Positions 1-9,697 of a DNA stretch of 36,996 nt are shown here, piece after piece; position 1 is the first letter of the stretch; each line of letters begins with the position of its first letter. The translations under genes were made by a program, and so were the position numbers. The notes under the pieces are model-generated. The model made no database searches. It was not told the origin of the DNA and saw only the letters and a program-made list of their open reading frames with translations. The stretch lies in IMG/VR virus record IMGVR_UViG_3300034091_000019, positions 1 to 36,996 of that record. One strand, given 5' to 3'. Source of the stretch: a virus. Lineage: Duplodnaviria > Caudoviricetes.

Positions 1-367
1 ACCAGTTGCTATTTGGCTTACGACCTGAGCTTGAGTGGGACTTCCACCCTCTACTTCGCCGCCTTGTGCGGTTTGAGATATCGCTTGTGTTTGCCCTGCC
101 GCACCCGCTTCAACTTCGCCACCAGTACCAGTTTGCGAGACAGTAACGGTTACACCCGCGCTTCCACCTTCAACCTCTCCACCAACAGCAACTTGAGATT
201 CAAGTGCAGACTGAACCGCAGAACCGCCCGCTACTTCACCACCAGTTGCTATTTGGCTTACGACCTGAGCTTGAGTGGGACTTCCACCCTCTACTTCGCC
301 GCCTTGTGCGGTTTGAGATATCGCTTGTGTTTGCCCTGCCGCACCCGCTTCAACTTCGCCACCAGTA
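1..367. repeat. Exact direct repeat with 240-bp period, built on a degenerate 60-bp unit
   Basis: 1..127 is identical to 241..367; 60-bp periodicity of (a/g)ccacc...cttc. Confidence 0.95.
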
Positions 368-444
368 GCAACGAGAGAGACAATTTGAAGGGTAACACCA
401 GCACCGGATATAGCATCAGCAGAAAGAGGGTAGAATCCTAACAC
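1..444 (-). CDS. Tail/virion protein with 20-aa GGEVEGG repeats (runs off the left edge; not in the ORF track)
   Basis: GTG at 444 with AGGT upstream. Reads MLGFYPLSADAISGAGVTLQIVSLVATGGEVEAGAAGQTQAISQTAQGGEVEGGSPTQAQVVSQIATGGEVAGG... and is open to position 1. Same strand as the structural operon; MLGFxPLS-type N-termini are common in phage tail proteins. Confidence 0.8.
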   Translation of the reverse strand, partial: MLGFYPLSADAISGAGVTLQIVSLVATGGEVEAGAAGQTQAISQTAQGGEVEGGSPTQAQVVSQIATGGEVAGGSAVQSALESQVAVGGEVEGGSAGVTVTVSQTGTGGEVEAGAAGQTQAISQTAQGGEVEGGSPTQAQVVSQIATG

Positions 445-455
445 GATTTACCTAA

Positions 456-962
456 TTAACTTGAGGGGGTGCCATGACTAGCCTGAAGAACAGGCGTAAT
501 TGAAAGTTGGTCCCCGTTATTTGCAGGAGTCATGGGAGCATTAAAAAGCTGTGACCACACGACAACCGGCGTTGAAGCCTGATCGGTTATGTAGTATCCG
601 TAGATCGTGCCATTCGTGGTTAAAGTCCCGGTAAAGGTCCAGGTTTGTTTTGCATAGGCAGCTTGATAGATACTGCCGACGCTAGAGACCGTCCATGACC
701 CGTTTGTGAGAGTGATTGCAGAATAGCCGCCGCCGCTGCACTCAGTATAAGTACTGGCCACGTCCGTATCAGCCGGGGTTACATTGGTACAGTAAAGATG
801 AAGAACGAAGTTTTTCCCACCTGAAGGCCAGGTATTGTTTAACCAGGCCGTAAGCTCATCAGCCGCGCCATTATCGTTGAAGATAAGTGAAGTAGCCGCG
901 AAAGAAGACGCTGAGAAAGACAGCATAACCACTACGAGCAGGATATTAAGAAATCTTTTCAT
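456..962 (-). CDS. Minor tail-like structural protein with an N-terminal signal peptide
   Basis: LHLYCTNVTP...TYTECSGGGYSAITL...TIYGYY...GDQLSITP pattern of a widespread phage tail protein; MKR, hydrophobic core and SFA-A cleavage site; AGGAG RBS. Confidence 0.7.
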   Translation of the reverse strand: MKRFLNILLVVVMLSFSASSFAATSLIFNDNGAADELTAWLNNTWPSGGKNFVLHLYCTNVTPADTDVASTYTECSGGGYSAITLTNGSWTVSSVGSIYQAAYAKQTWTFTGTLTTNGTIYGYYITDQASTPVVVWSQLFNAPMTPANNGDQLSITPVLQASHGTPSS

Positions 963-966
963 GAAA

Positions 967-1176
967 TTATTTCTCCTTTTTCTGGATTTTTGTACCCTTT
1001 ATCCCCATTGCGTTTAAATGCTTGCCAATGGAAGAGGCGTTTACAAGCTTGTTGAAGGCGTCTTTGGTAACACCACTATATTCGTAGGTGCCACCATGTT
1101 TGAAAGTTACTTGCAGAGTATCGCCTTCATGACCTACCGAAGCCACATTTGAACTATTAACCGCTACATGTTCCAT
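967..1176 (-). CDS. KTSC-domain protein
   Basis: VNSSNVASVGH...LQVTFKHGGTYEYSGV...LVNASSIGKHLN matches the KTSC pattern; GGAGG RBS. Confidence 0.9.
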   Translation of the reverse strand: MEHVAVNSSNVASVGHEGDTLQVTFKHGGTYEYSGVTKDAFNKLVNASSIGKHLNAMGIKGTKIQKKEK

Positions 1177-1234
1177 GATTCCCTCCTGAAATTAAATTAT
1201 TTCCTTTTTAGCATAGAACCGGATAAACGACAAG

Positions 1235-2521
1235 TTAAAAGCCGCCTAACCCCCATTTCTCCGCTTCCTTCAGATTCTTGTTGCATTTAGCAAACACTTG
1301 ATCGTCATAGTCGAGTCGTGGACAATCAATTTGACTTGCAATGTCGAGTGCCATTTCCTGAGATTCTTCTTTTGTTTTTCCCCACCCGCAGGCCGCGCCT
1401 ACCATAGTACCGCCGTCCATAGGTAAGCCCCATATCTGACCTGTCTTATCCTTCCAGGCATTACGAAGGGCAACATACTTTGAAATCTTATCCGGGAATG
1501 ATACAGGAACGTGGTTATCTGTGAGTACATCCGAGTGAAGAATCACTTCGGATACATATTCAGCATACCATTCTGGCTTAATTCTTTCTCCGCGAGAAAC
1601 CGCCTCCATGACATAACTGAAATTTTTACAGTTGCGGATGTTCACTTCGCTTGAAGGAGTGCCACCACGACCACAATAATCTATCGGGAAAGCTACCAGA
1701 TTTTCACCTACACGGCTTTCCATAGAAGAAAGGCCACTAGCACCACACTTTTTAAGGAAAGTTATAAGTTTTTGATCTACAATCCGCACAGGTTCAGGCA
1801 TCTTACTGAAAGCACGGACTTGCCCGGAGTACCCACGCCCCTTTACTTCCCAACCATAAACACCTGAGTCAAGAGGCTCCCCATTGCAAAGAATCTGATC
1901 ACTTCCAGGCTCAATGCCTTTTTGCGCCTTCTCTATCATGAAATCCATTTCAGGGGCATAACTGGCAAGCTTGAAACCGATTTTATAAAGGTGCGGCATT
2001 GCCTTATTGACAGTAGTGAATTTGAAAGTTTCCGTTACAGCCCTGAATGCGCTTATTTTAATGTAATCCTCTTCCTTTTTCTGTTCTTTCAATTCAAGAT
2101 GTTTCAAAAGATTCATCCAACCAGTTACCATTTCATAAGGAAGCACAGGAAGTCCGTACTTCTTGAGAATCTTCTTCATAAATTCACGGTCATACTCCAT
2201 TATATCAGCGGTCCCGGTACTTACTACTTTAAAGCCCTGATCCCGCAAGTCCTGAGCATCGGAACCATCCCCTGCATCAGGAAAGACTATAAAACCGCCG
2301 CTTTCCTTCACTTCTGCCTTGTGTTCTGCAAACTCTTCCACACGGGTAATATCGCTCATACGAGTGCCGACAATAGCCTTTTTGTAATCAGGAAACCCGG
2401 ACTTCCAAGGGCAATAGTAGAGCACTTCTTTAAAATCCGGTCTCATCCGTTCAGCCATATGATGAAAAAGGCCATGATCGTAAAACATGATTGTCATTTT
2501 GGAAAGATCGGGAAGGCTCAT
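1235..2521 (-). CDS. ATP-grasp protein (PurD/GARS-like amine-carboxylate ligase)
   Basis: MEYDREFMKKILKKYGLPV, YIKIS, FMIEK...GIE and PIDYCGRGGTP motifs typical of PurD-like ATP-grasp folds. Confidence 0.75.
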   Translation of the reverse strand: MSLPDLSKMTIMFYDHGLFHHMAERMRPDFKEVLYYCPWKSGFPDYKKAIVGTRMSDITRVEEFAEHKAEVKESGGFIVFPDAGDGSDAQDLRDQGFKVVSTGTADIMEYDREFMKKILKKYGLPVLPYEMVTGWMNLLKHLELKEQKKEEDYIKISAFRAVTETFKFTTVNKAMPHLYKIGFKLASYAPEMDFMIEKAQKGIEPGSDQILCNGEPLDSGVYGWEVKGRGYSGQVRAFSKMPEPVRIVDQKLITFLKKCGASGLSSMESRVGENLVAFPIDYCGRGGTPSSEVNIRNCKNFSYVMEAVSRGERIKPEWYAEYVSEVILHSDVLTDNHVPVSFPDKISKYVALRNAWKDKTGQIWGLPMDGGTMVGAACGWGKTKEESQEMALDIASQIDCPRLDYDDQVFAKCNKNLKEAEKWGLGGF

Positions 2522-5113
2522 TTAGTCCTCATCAAGCATTTTTTGTTTACGCGAAACACGGATACTCTTTTTCAGATCATCAGAACGAAGCTCGTTTATC
2601 CCTTCCGCTTTAAGAGTTTTGAATAATTCCGGTTTCGCCTTCTCCAGATACTTGAGAGCCGCTTCCCGGTCATACCATTTTCCGTTAGGACCGATAAATC
2701 CTCTTTCGTTGTTTGTGGCTTTGAGTCCGAGATTTTTTGACTTGATGATAGAGTCATGATCCTTTCCCCCTGTGTAAGTTTTCCCATTCTTACGAACAGC
2801 CGGGACAAGGGTTAAAGATCCGCTATGCCCTTTTTCATTTTCTTTCCCATGCTCTTTTTTGTCATTGCTTTGGACGCTAGCTTTGTTCCCTTGTCGGCTT
2901 CCGAAAAGTCTTTCCCGACTGACTGAGGAACCCCCACTCTCTTTGCCGCCGCTTTGTTGTGCGCTACCATTTCCATGAACCTGTGTTGCTTCTCGCTTAC
3001 TGAGGGCATTGTGATTTTCCTTTCGTACCATACCGCTTTGGGCATAGCCTGTATTGATTCCTGAATTATTAACCGGCGTCATATTACCGGCAAGTTGCTT
3101 TAACCGTGTTGTTTCTTCATCATAATATTGCTTACCGATAGCATGTGCCTGCTCATCAGATAGAGTCTGACCGGGGGAAAGCTCACGACCTTTAGCCATG
3201 ATCGCGTCAACACCGGTTATATATTCTCCCGGTTCAGTAGGAGTTAAAGCAACATCCCCTTGACCGGGAATGACTTTACCGGGGATTTGACCGCTATCTT
3301 CAAGGCCGGGAGTCGGTTGTGACTGAGTAGCTTCTTCACCACCCACCGCCGCCGCTTTGGGAGCTATACTGTAAAGCTCATTTACCACCCTTGCCATTGC
3401 GCGGCCTGAAGGATTGTACTTTGAAGCCGCCATAGCAAGATTCTTACCTAATTTGGTTGTGGTAAGAAATTTAGTTATACTAGCCACACCAGCAGCAACG
3501 CCAGCAGTACGAAGTGCCCCGGTCATTCCAGCCACTTGATAAGCAGTACCTTCCATACCAAGACCGAGCGCAGCCGGACCCCACCGGTTAGCCGTAGGCG
3601 GATTTTCAAGGTATTGACCGGCACGGCGAACAGCCTGCATGATATTTGCTAGACCTGTCATTTCGTTTATCTCAGCGCCGGTAAACTGCTTTGTATACTT
3701 GTTTTTCGCTACCTGTTTACCAAGTTCAGTAGCGAATTTTTGAGGACTGAAAAAGGTTTGATCCCCTACTTCTTTTGTCACTTTATCGTAAGTCCGTTGC
3801 AGTATGTCATGTTTGACCACAAAGTTTTTATAGGCATCATTCGCAGCCTTGAATTTACTTGATATTTCTGGCTTACCTATGGAAGTAGCCCATTTGTCTA
3901 TATCGTTTGAGACAGCACCAAAAAGTTGCTTCATTTGGGAATAAGCCGTATTATCAATTTCCCCGCGCTGTTTTGCCAACCGAGCTTGACCTATCTTTTC
4001 ACCAAGACCTTGTCGGAGGGTCCATAGATCATCAAAAGTTAAGGTTTTGGGAATACCTTGAGTTGTTACACCCCCCAAATTTACAGTTGGAGCAGTACCT
4101 TTAATAATATCATTCACAAGACCTTCAGTTTTGGTGTCTTGAAATTTCTTAAAAATATCAGGATACCGAGAAAGTAGGTCCTGTGCTACTGTGCGCGTCT
4201 CTGTAGGATTAATAGCTTGATTTGGCACTTGAGAAACTAAGCCTTTTACCCCTTCATACAAGTTACTTACAAAAGACCTGTTACCCTGTTCGATATCCGG
4301 CGCGGTAGGATCGGCAATATATCTACCGAGAAAATCTTTAGCCGCATCATGAGCAGCCTGTTGTTGTTGCTCTCTAAAGCCTTTATTACCCAAAAAGCCC
4401 GGTGCTCGTTCCAACATTATATCTGTACGAGAAGGTGCAGCATTAACGGTTTCAGCAAGGGTAGTAGGAATATTGTATTTCTTGCCGAGCGCACCAATAA
4501 CAGTTTCAGGGACTTGACCAGTAACAGCATTAATAGCTTTCCCTGCTAACGAAGCCACACCAGACCCGGCAGCACCAAAAAGAGCGCCTTTTGCAGCGCC
4601 AGTTACCGGCGTTTCAGGCTCCATTACCGCGCCGATACCCGCGCCGGCAGCAGCAGAAGTCAAAGCACGTTTTAAAACTCCACCTTCCACGCCACCAGGT
4701 ACAGCCAATGTAGGTACGGTTTCCCCTATAAAATTACCTACCTTTGCAGCCGTACTAGATTCACGCAAAGGCGCAAAATCAGAAATAGCAGATTCACGTT
4801 CGGCCTTTGTCCGTTGTTCAAGTTCAGCAGCGCCATGAACATGTAAAGCCGCTCCAACATGCCCCGCCAGTTGTTCAGCACCCTTGCCGATGTTATACAT
4901 TCCTGCGCCTATACCAATTACAGTGTTCTTGAGCGTATCAGGCCCAGGAGTGACGGCATTCTTTACCCTTTCCATGAAGGAAGGTTGAGCGGGAGCAACG
5001 GAAGCGGCAGTAGGAGTAGTATCCCATTTGATCTTATTAGGATCAATCGGCGGAGCACTAGTAGTAGGCGCAGTATCCCAACTTACCTGTGAAGGATCAA
5101 TATTAAGGGGCAT
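2522..5113 (-). CDS. Putative internal virion/DNA-ejection protein
   Basis: 863 aa, Ala/Gly-rich hydrophobic segments, repeated IDPxxxxWD at the N-terminus, located after the tail genes as podovirus ejection genes are. Confidence 0.65.
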   Translation of the reverse strand: MPLNIDPSQVSWDTAPTTSAPPIDPNKIKWDTTPTAASVAPAQPSFMERVKNAVTPGPDTLKNTVIGIGAGMYNIGKGAEQLAGHVGAALHVHGAAELEQRTKAERESAISDFAPLRESSTAAKVGNFIGETVPTLAVPGGVEGGVLKRALTSAAAGAGIGAVMEPETPVTGAAKGALFGAAGSGVASLAGKAINAVTGQVPETVIGALGKKYNIPTTLAETVNAAPSRTDIMLERAPGFLGNKGFREQQQQAAHDAAKDFLGRYIADPTAPDIEQGNRSFVSNLYEGVKGLVSQVPNQAINPTETRTVAQDLLSRYPDIFKKFQDTKTEGLVNDIIKGTAPTVNLGGVTTQGIPKTLTFDDLWTLRQGLGEKIGQARLAKQRGEIDNTAYSQMKQLFGAVSNDIDKWATSIGKPEISSKFKAANDAYKNFVVKHDILQRTYDKVTKEVGDQTFFSPQKFATELGKQVAKNKYTKQFTGAEINEMTGLANIMQAVRRAGQYLENPPTANRWGPAALGLGMEGTAYQVAGMTGALRTAGVAAGVASITKFLTTTKLGKNLAMAASKYNPSGRAMARVVNELYSIAPKAAAVGGEEATQSQPTPGLEDSGQIPGKVIPGQGDVALTPTEPGEYITGVDAIMAKGRELSPGQTLSDEQAHAIGKQYYDEETTRLKQLAGNMTPVNNSGINTGYAQSGMVRKENHNALSKREATQVHGNGSAQQSGGKESGGSSVSRERLFGSRQGNKASVQSNDKKEHGKENEKGHSGSLTLVPAVRKNGKTYTGGKDHDSIIKSKNLGLKATNNERGFIGPNGKWYDREAALKYLEKAKPELFKTLKAEGINELRSDDLKKSIRVSRKQKMLDED
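2812..3009 (-). CDS. Small basic phage protein (MPSVSEKQHRFMEMVAHN type) nested out of frame in the 863-aa gene
   Basis: AAGGA RBS before ATG 3009; 65 aa; resembles the MPSxSxKQHxFMxxVAHN...VGxPQSVGKDF small-protein family of uncultured phages (recalled, not searched). Confidence 0.7.
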   Translation of the reverse strand: MPSVSEKQHRFMEMVAHNKAAAKRVGVPQSVGKDFSEADKGTKLASKAMTKKSMGKKMKKGIADL

Positions 5114-6998
5114 AATCTATAGTCCCATCCGAGTATTGAACAACTTTTTTGCCTTCATGCATACCTGTTCTAACAACAGTTTTAGCAGCACTTGCAGCCG
5201 GTGCAGCAGTAGGTGTGGTCGTATCAGCGGTTCCTTGTCTATATCTAGCAACTATTGATTGTGGTACTGATTTGAGTGCCGATGTTCTTTGTTTCATTAA
5301 ATTCTGGAAATTAGTTAATACTTTTTTGAATGTTTCAGGGTTATTTGAAGCATTCAATAAGGCTTGTCCTTCTTTCCTTCCAGCATCAGTTAATCCTGAT
5401 ATACCGAAATTACCAGAAACTACTTTGGAATAGTCAAGGAGCGTTTCATACAGTGTTCCATAAAGTTGTTGAGCGTTAGGATCTCCGAGCCAATCTTTTT
5501 GTGCGGCATATTCAAAATCAGCTATCTTTTTAAACTTAGAAAGATTCATGTTTTGCCGTTGTTGTAGAAGAGTCGGGATATAATTATTGACTGTTTGTTC
5601 ATAACCTTCAGTCATGGTAAGTATTTTATTGGCCTGGTTGATTGAAGTCTGATCTGATTTATTCTTGAGTGCATTAACCGCGAGATGAACATTATCTATC
5701 CCTTGAGCTTTTGCTAATTCAGCCATGCGATTCCCGATCTGATTTCTTACCGCTTGGCCTGTAGCACCAAAGCCGCCAACACCAGTTGGGATATGACCTT
5801 GATCTAAACCTTGTTGCGCATACATTTCTATAGCTTCGGGGGTTATTGATCCACCTCCTATATCTAATGATGTGCCTTTAGGAATAGTAAAGCCATGTTT
5901 TTTGGCAAATTCCAAATCTTCCTTCAGTTGCGCAGCCTTAGCCTGTTCTTGTTCCCCTTTAGCCTGTTCTTGGCCTGCTTGAGCTTGTCGTAATCCTATT
6001 TCCGCGCCTTGTGCCTGTGCAGCCAAAGCCGCCTGTTGATCATATATCCTACGATTCAGATAATCCGTTCTCTGTTGCGGTTTCATAAGCCCTTTTGTAA
6101 AAGCTTCAGATTCCTTCATAGTTGACTGTACACCGCCCGGAGTACCAACCCATATTGTCGGGTCGGGTCTCTCCCATGTTTTGGTTGCTGTGTTATAGGA
6201 ATATCCCGGCTTCCCGAAATTCGGATCGGCAGCAAGACCTGAGTTTTTGAATTGTTCATCAGAAAGAGTATTTACACTCCCTTGAGTCTTAGCCATGAGA
6301 GGATCTTTAGCAGTTCCGATATCGGCAATCCCTATCCGATTCTTGCCTACTTGAGCATAACCGGTGCCTTGTACTTCAGGAGTCGCAACCGTTGTTAAAG
6401 GGTCCGTATGCGGAGCAGCACCAGGAATAAATAATTGGTAGTTTGTCGCGCCTTGATTTGTAACCACAGGTGCAGCCGAAGCCACCGGAGCAGCCCCTTG
6501 TGCATTCACCGGCCAGGAAGTTACTCTTTTAAGGGGATCATCCACCGCGCCGCTTTCAGCAAAGCCAGTTTGATTTGCAATATTCTGAGTTTCATTAATA
6601 CGTCTTTGCGCTATACCGGCAGTATTGCTAAGATATCCCGTTCCCATTTGTGACGGTTGAACCGGAGGCGTGTAGGGTACACTTACAGAGGGAACCTGTA
6701 TAGGTTGAGGTAAACTGGTTAAACCTGTACCTATAGGAGAACCTATTGTGCCAGTAGGAGTGGATACTGTTCTATTGACAAAGGATTGCACAGGTTGAAC
6801 AACATTTCTTTTCAGCCAGTCACCCGCAGTACCCATAATTCCGCCACTTTCTTGATACCCTTCAGGCAAATCTGCAATTCCAGGCCCTGACATCACCGGA
6901 GCAGAAGGTACAGGGGCGTTTTTATTCACCGCTTTCAACAGCATTCCGGGACGCCGTTTGTGGGAATAAAGATCGGTCAACGGGTCAAGAGCTTGCAT
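5103..6998 (-). CDS. Putative DNA-ejection/transfer protein
   Basis: 631 aa, Q/A/G/P-rich with a coiled coil; C-terminal VVRTGxxxGKKVVQYSDGTIDY motif seen in podovirus ejection proteins. Confidence 0.65.
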   Translation of the reverse strand: MQALDPLTDLYSHKRRPGMLLKAVNKNAPVPSAPVMSGPGIADLPEGYQESGGIMGTAGDWLKRNVVQPVQSFVNRTVSTPTGTIGSPIGTGLTSLPQPIQVPSVSVPYTPPVQPSQMGTGYLSNTAGIAQRRINETQNIANQTGFAESGAVDDPLKRVTSWPVNAQGAAPVASAAPVVTNQGATNYQLFIPGAAPHTDPLTTVATPEVQGTGYAQVGKNRIGIADIGTAKDPLMAKTQGSVNTLSDEQFKNSGLAADPNFGKPGYSYNTATKTWERPDPTIWVGTPGGVQSTMKESEAFTKGLMKPQQRTDYLNRRIYDQQAALAAQAQGAEIGLRQAQAGQEQAKGEQEQAKAAQLKEDLEFAKKHGFTIPKGTSLDIGGGSITPEAIEMYAQQGLDQGHIPTGVGGFGATGQAVRNQIGNRMAELAKAQGIDNVHLAVNALKNKSDQTSINQANKILTMTEGYEQTVNNYIPTLLQQRQNMNLSKFKKIADFEYAAQKDWLGDPNAQQLYGTLYETLLDYSKVVSGNFGISGLTDAGRKEGQALLNASNNPETFKKVLTNFQNLMKQRTSALKSVPQSIVARYRQGTADTTTPTAAPAASAAKTVVRTGMHEGKKVVQYSDGTIDYAP

Positions 6999-7007
6999 AA
7001 TTGGCTC

Positions 7008-8177
7008 CTAAGAATTTGAAGTCTGTATAGAAACGCCTTGTACCGACAACACTTTGATAAGTTCGGCATAGGTGCTGGCAACTTGAGTAAGTTGATCCTG
7101 TTGCAGTTTATTGTTTTCAAGAAGTTGTTGCATTGCAATTCGTGATAATTCAACAAACTGTTGGACATTAGCCTTGAAAACTTCAATGGCTTGCTCATTC
7201 GCCTTTATCTGAAGATCGGCAATGTATTTTTGAACATCGGCAAGAAGAAACTGTAATTTGTTCTGTACTTCAAATTCTGTGACTGTTACTTGAGAAGCTA
7301 AACGAATTTGATCCCTAACCTCACCTATCCATGCTCTCATTTCGTCTCTATCAGCTTTTTGCACTTCAAGGTCTGTCATTTGAATACGCAAGAACGATTC
7401 AAATATCTGGAAATTGGTTAAAGCATCAGTTTTATACTCTTCAAGGCTAGTCTGTTGTATCCTGTTAAGAGCATTGGCCGTTTCTGTGAAGATTTGCGCT
7501 TTCGTTGCATTATCAGATATGCCAGCATTAATAGCAGCCTTGAGAGTGTCATTAGCAAAATTAGCCATTACCTCTACTATTTTCCGTGACATGTCATCAA
7601 GCCCATACTGATAACTTGCAGTAATTTGAGCTTGCATGGCCTTTGTCATGGAATTGGCATATCTCATGCCTTTTGCACCTGTACGCGCTCCAGTAAGATC
7701 GAGAGCATCATTATAAGTCTGAAGGTTGCGCTCATAACCGGTATCAAAAACAGCAGCCTGAATAGTCGGAGAGATATTCTGACCGCCGCTGTTAAGTAAA
7801 TTTGTAAGTTGTGTTTCAATCTCTGTAAAAAGTCCTAAAGTCAATGCTTCCACTTGATCTACAAAAGCCTGTGCCGTGCCAGTATCCATAGTCGGCTTTT
7901 GGTAAGTAATAGCAGATAGAATACTTGCAGTTAAAGCCTGATAAGGATTTTTATTAGGGTCTGTGGCACTAATGGCCGTATTATCAAGATCCCCGAAATC
8001 CGCAGGAGTAACCGCTATTTGATCGTTATGAAAGTTACTTATATTTGGTAAAGATACCAAATTCGGAGTGAAGTAAGAAGCCCTATACTCTGCTAATTCT
8101 TGTATTGTATCGGCAATATCACCCTGAAAACCGGTAATAAGAGTATTTATCTGATTGATTTGATCCTGTGTGCTCAT
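7008..8177 (-). CDS. Putative internal virion protein, helical/coiled-coil
   Basis: 389 aa, Q/A/I/L-rich, first of three large genes after the tail module; ATGA-coupled to the upstream gene. Confidence 0.55.
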   Translation of the reverse strand: MSTQDQINQINTLITGFQGDIADTIQELAEYRASYFTPNLVSLPNISNFHNDQIAVTPADFGDLDNTAISATDPNKNPYQALTASILSAITYQKPTMDTGTAQAFVDQVEALTLGLFTEIETQLTNLLNSGGQNISPTIQAAVFDTGYERNLQTYNDALDLTGARTGAKGMRYANSMTKAMQAQITASYQYGLDDMSRKIVEVMANFANDTLKAAINAGISDNATKAQIFTETANALNRIQQTSLEEYKTDALTNFQIFESFLRIQMTDLEVQKADRDEMRAWIGEVRDQIRLASQVTVTEFEVQNKLQFLLADVQKYIADLQIKANEQAIEVFKANVQQFVELSRIAMQQLLENNKLQQDQLTQVASTYAELIKVLSVQGVSIQTSNS

Positions 8178-8944
8178 CTTTTCCTTCCGCTATCGACAAA
8201 GTTTTGTTCAAACTTCGCCAGATCGAAATCAGCACCTTCTGCATTGGAAATTTTGAATTGAATATACACGCCTTTTGCTCCACGCGCCATAGAAATATAT
8301 ACCGGCTTTATACCATTTCCCGGATTAATTGCATTGTATGGATCACACCACTCTTGAGGATTATCTTCTTTATCATCAATTTTAGTCGCTACTTCAATCT
8401 CTCCGCCCCTCATATGAGCATACATGGAAGGAATATATTTGATATCACTCGTTCCTAAATTACAAGGGCCGGTGACTATTTCGGCCTTTATCTGAGCGCC
8501 GTTGTCGTTATCGCCGGTCAAGAGTTGCAGCCCTTCCGCCGTAATCCCATAAAAGTTAGTGCCAGCCCGGAAAAGAGAAGTGAAAGGGAAATTCGTGTAT
8601 TCTGAAAATCCGGCTGTTTTAGTGTTCATAACGAAGCTGTAAAATTCTTCCGTGAGAGCCGCCACGGGAGCCAGGACTTCGACAACACCAGCGCCAAGGG
8701 TAAGGTATACGTTTAACTGTTCAACGACCCCTGCTTGAGATTTGACCGCCACGCCACATATTTCAGTAATACCACCACCGACAGAAATAGCGGGTTTTGT
8801 CTCTTCTATAATCCCTCCACCCGTTTTTATCGCCGGTTGGTTATAATCGACAATGCCGGCACCGCATAAAGGATAAGGAGATATTGCCGATTCAACAATA
8901 CCAGCACCTACATTGATTGTCGGTGTAACATAGTAAGTTGGCAT
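8174..8944 (-). CDS. Tail-associated protein (N-terminal GGIIE repeats, conserved C-terminal domain)
   Basis: Five [GQ][AG]G[IV]xE repeats followed by FVMNTKTAGFSEYTNFPF...GDNDNG. Confidence 0.6.
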   Translation of the reverse strand: MPTYYVTPTINVGAGIVESAISPYPLCGAGIVDYNQPAIKTGGGIIEETKPAISVGGGITEICGVAVKSQAGVVEQLNVYLTLGAGVVEVLAPVAALTEEFYSFVMNTKTAGFSEYTNFPFTSLFRAGTNFYGITAEGLQLLTGDNDNGAQIKAEIVTGPCNLGTSDIKYIPSMYAHMRGGEIEVATKIDDKEDNPQEWCDPYNAINPGNGIKPVYISMARGAKGVYIQFKISNAEGADFDLAKFEQNFVDSGRKR

Positions 8945-9694
8945 TTATCCCTCTTGCCTTACAGGAAGCCCCACTTTTTCATAAAGGCCACCTTGAGCAA
9001 CCGGCGAAGTACCATTCGGACCTGTACCTGTTCCCGGAGCAGTAAGCTCTATAATTCCGGCTTGAGTTTTAACAGGAAAATTAGCTTGAGCATGTTCTAT
9101 GATTCCGCCCTGAGTTTTCATAGCAAATGGAGGGCCGGTGTGTTCATTAATCCCTCCACCCGTAATCGGTTCAGGTGAAGCAACGCCAAATTCAAAACCA
9201 AGGCTACCAAATTCCGCATTAGCCCATGCGATATCCGCAGCCGATATTGTAATCCCACCTGTAGGCGCAGGCGGAGTGATGAAGTCACTTGTTAGATTTG
9301 TCCATGTCCCGGTTAAACTGTCAATCTGCCTGTAAACAATACCGTCCGAAGTCGTAATAAGATAATACGTGTGACCATCTGATGAAAGAAGCTCTGAAAA
9401 ACCATAGAATCTATCACCAGTTTCAGGGATGTTTATGCCTGTGTCGGTTATGACTATCCCACTTCCGACAGAACAGGTAACAACATAAACCTCACCATTC
9501 CGAGAGAAAGCGCAATGACCGTCATAAGTGATATTAGAAGATGGAGACCACGGATCCCCTTCACTTGTGATAATTGCATAAGAAACCGGAGCGCCATAAG
9601 CAGAACCACTTTGGTATTCCTGATACCAGATTGTGAAGGAATTACCGTCCGAAGCTATAACTGAGTAGAACTCGTAACTAATAATTATCGGCAT
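8945..9694 (-). CDS. Putative tail protein
   Basis: Beta-rich, S/G/T-rich, C-terminal GGIIE-like repeats; in operon. Confidence 0.55.
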   Translation of the reverse strand: MPIIISYEFYSVIASDGNSFTIWYQEYQSGSAYGAPVSYAIITSEGDPWSPSSNITYDGHCAFSRNGEVYVVTCSVGSGIVITDTGINIPETGDRFYGFSELLSSDGHTYYLITTSDGIVYRQIDSLTGTWTNLTSDFITPPAPTGGITISAADIAWANAEFGSLGFEFGVASPEPITGGGINEHTGPPFAMKTQGGIIEHAQANFPVKTQAGIIELTAPGTGTGPNGTSPVAQGGLYEKVGLPVRQEG

Positions 9695-9697
9695 AAT

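Noticed and set aside
13-441. Plus-strand 142-aa ORF
   Set aside because: Shadow of the minus-strand repeat gene, which has an RBS, a phage-like N-terminus and the operon orientation
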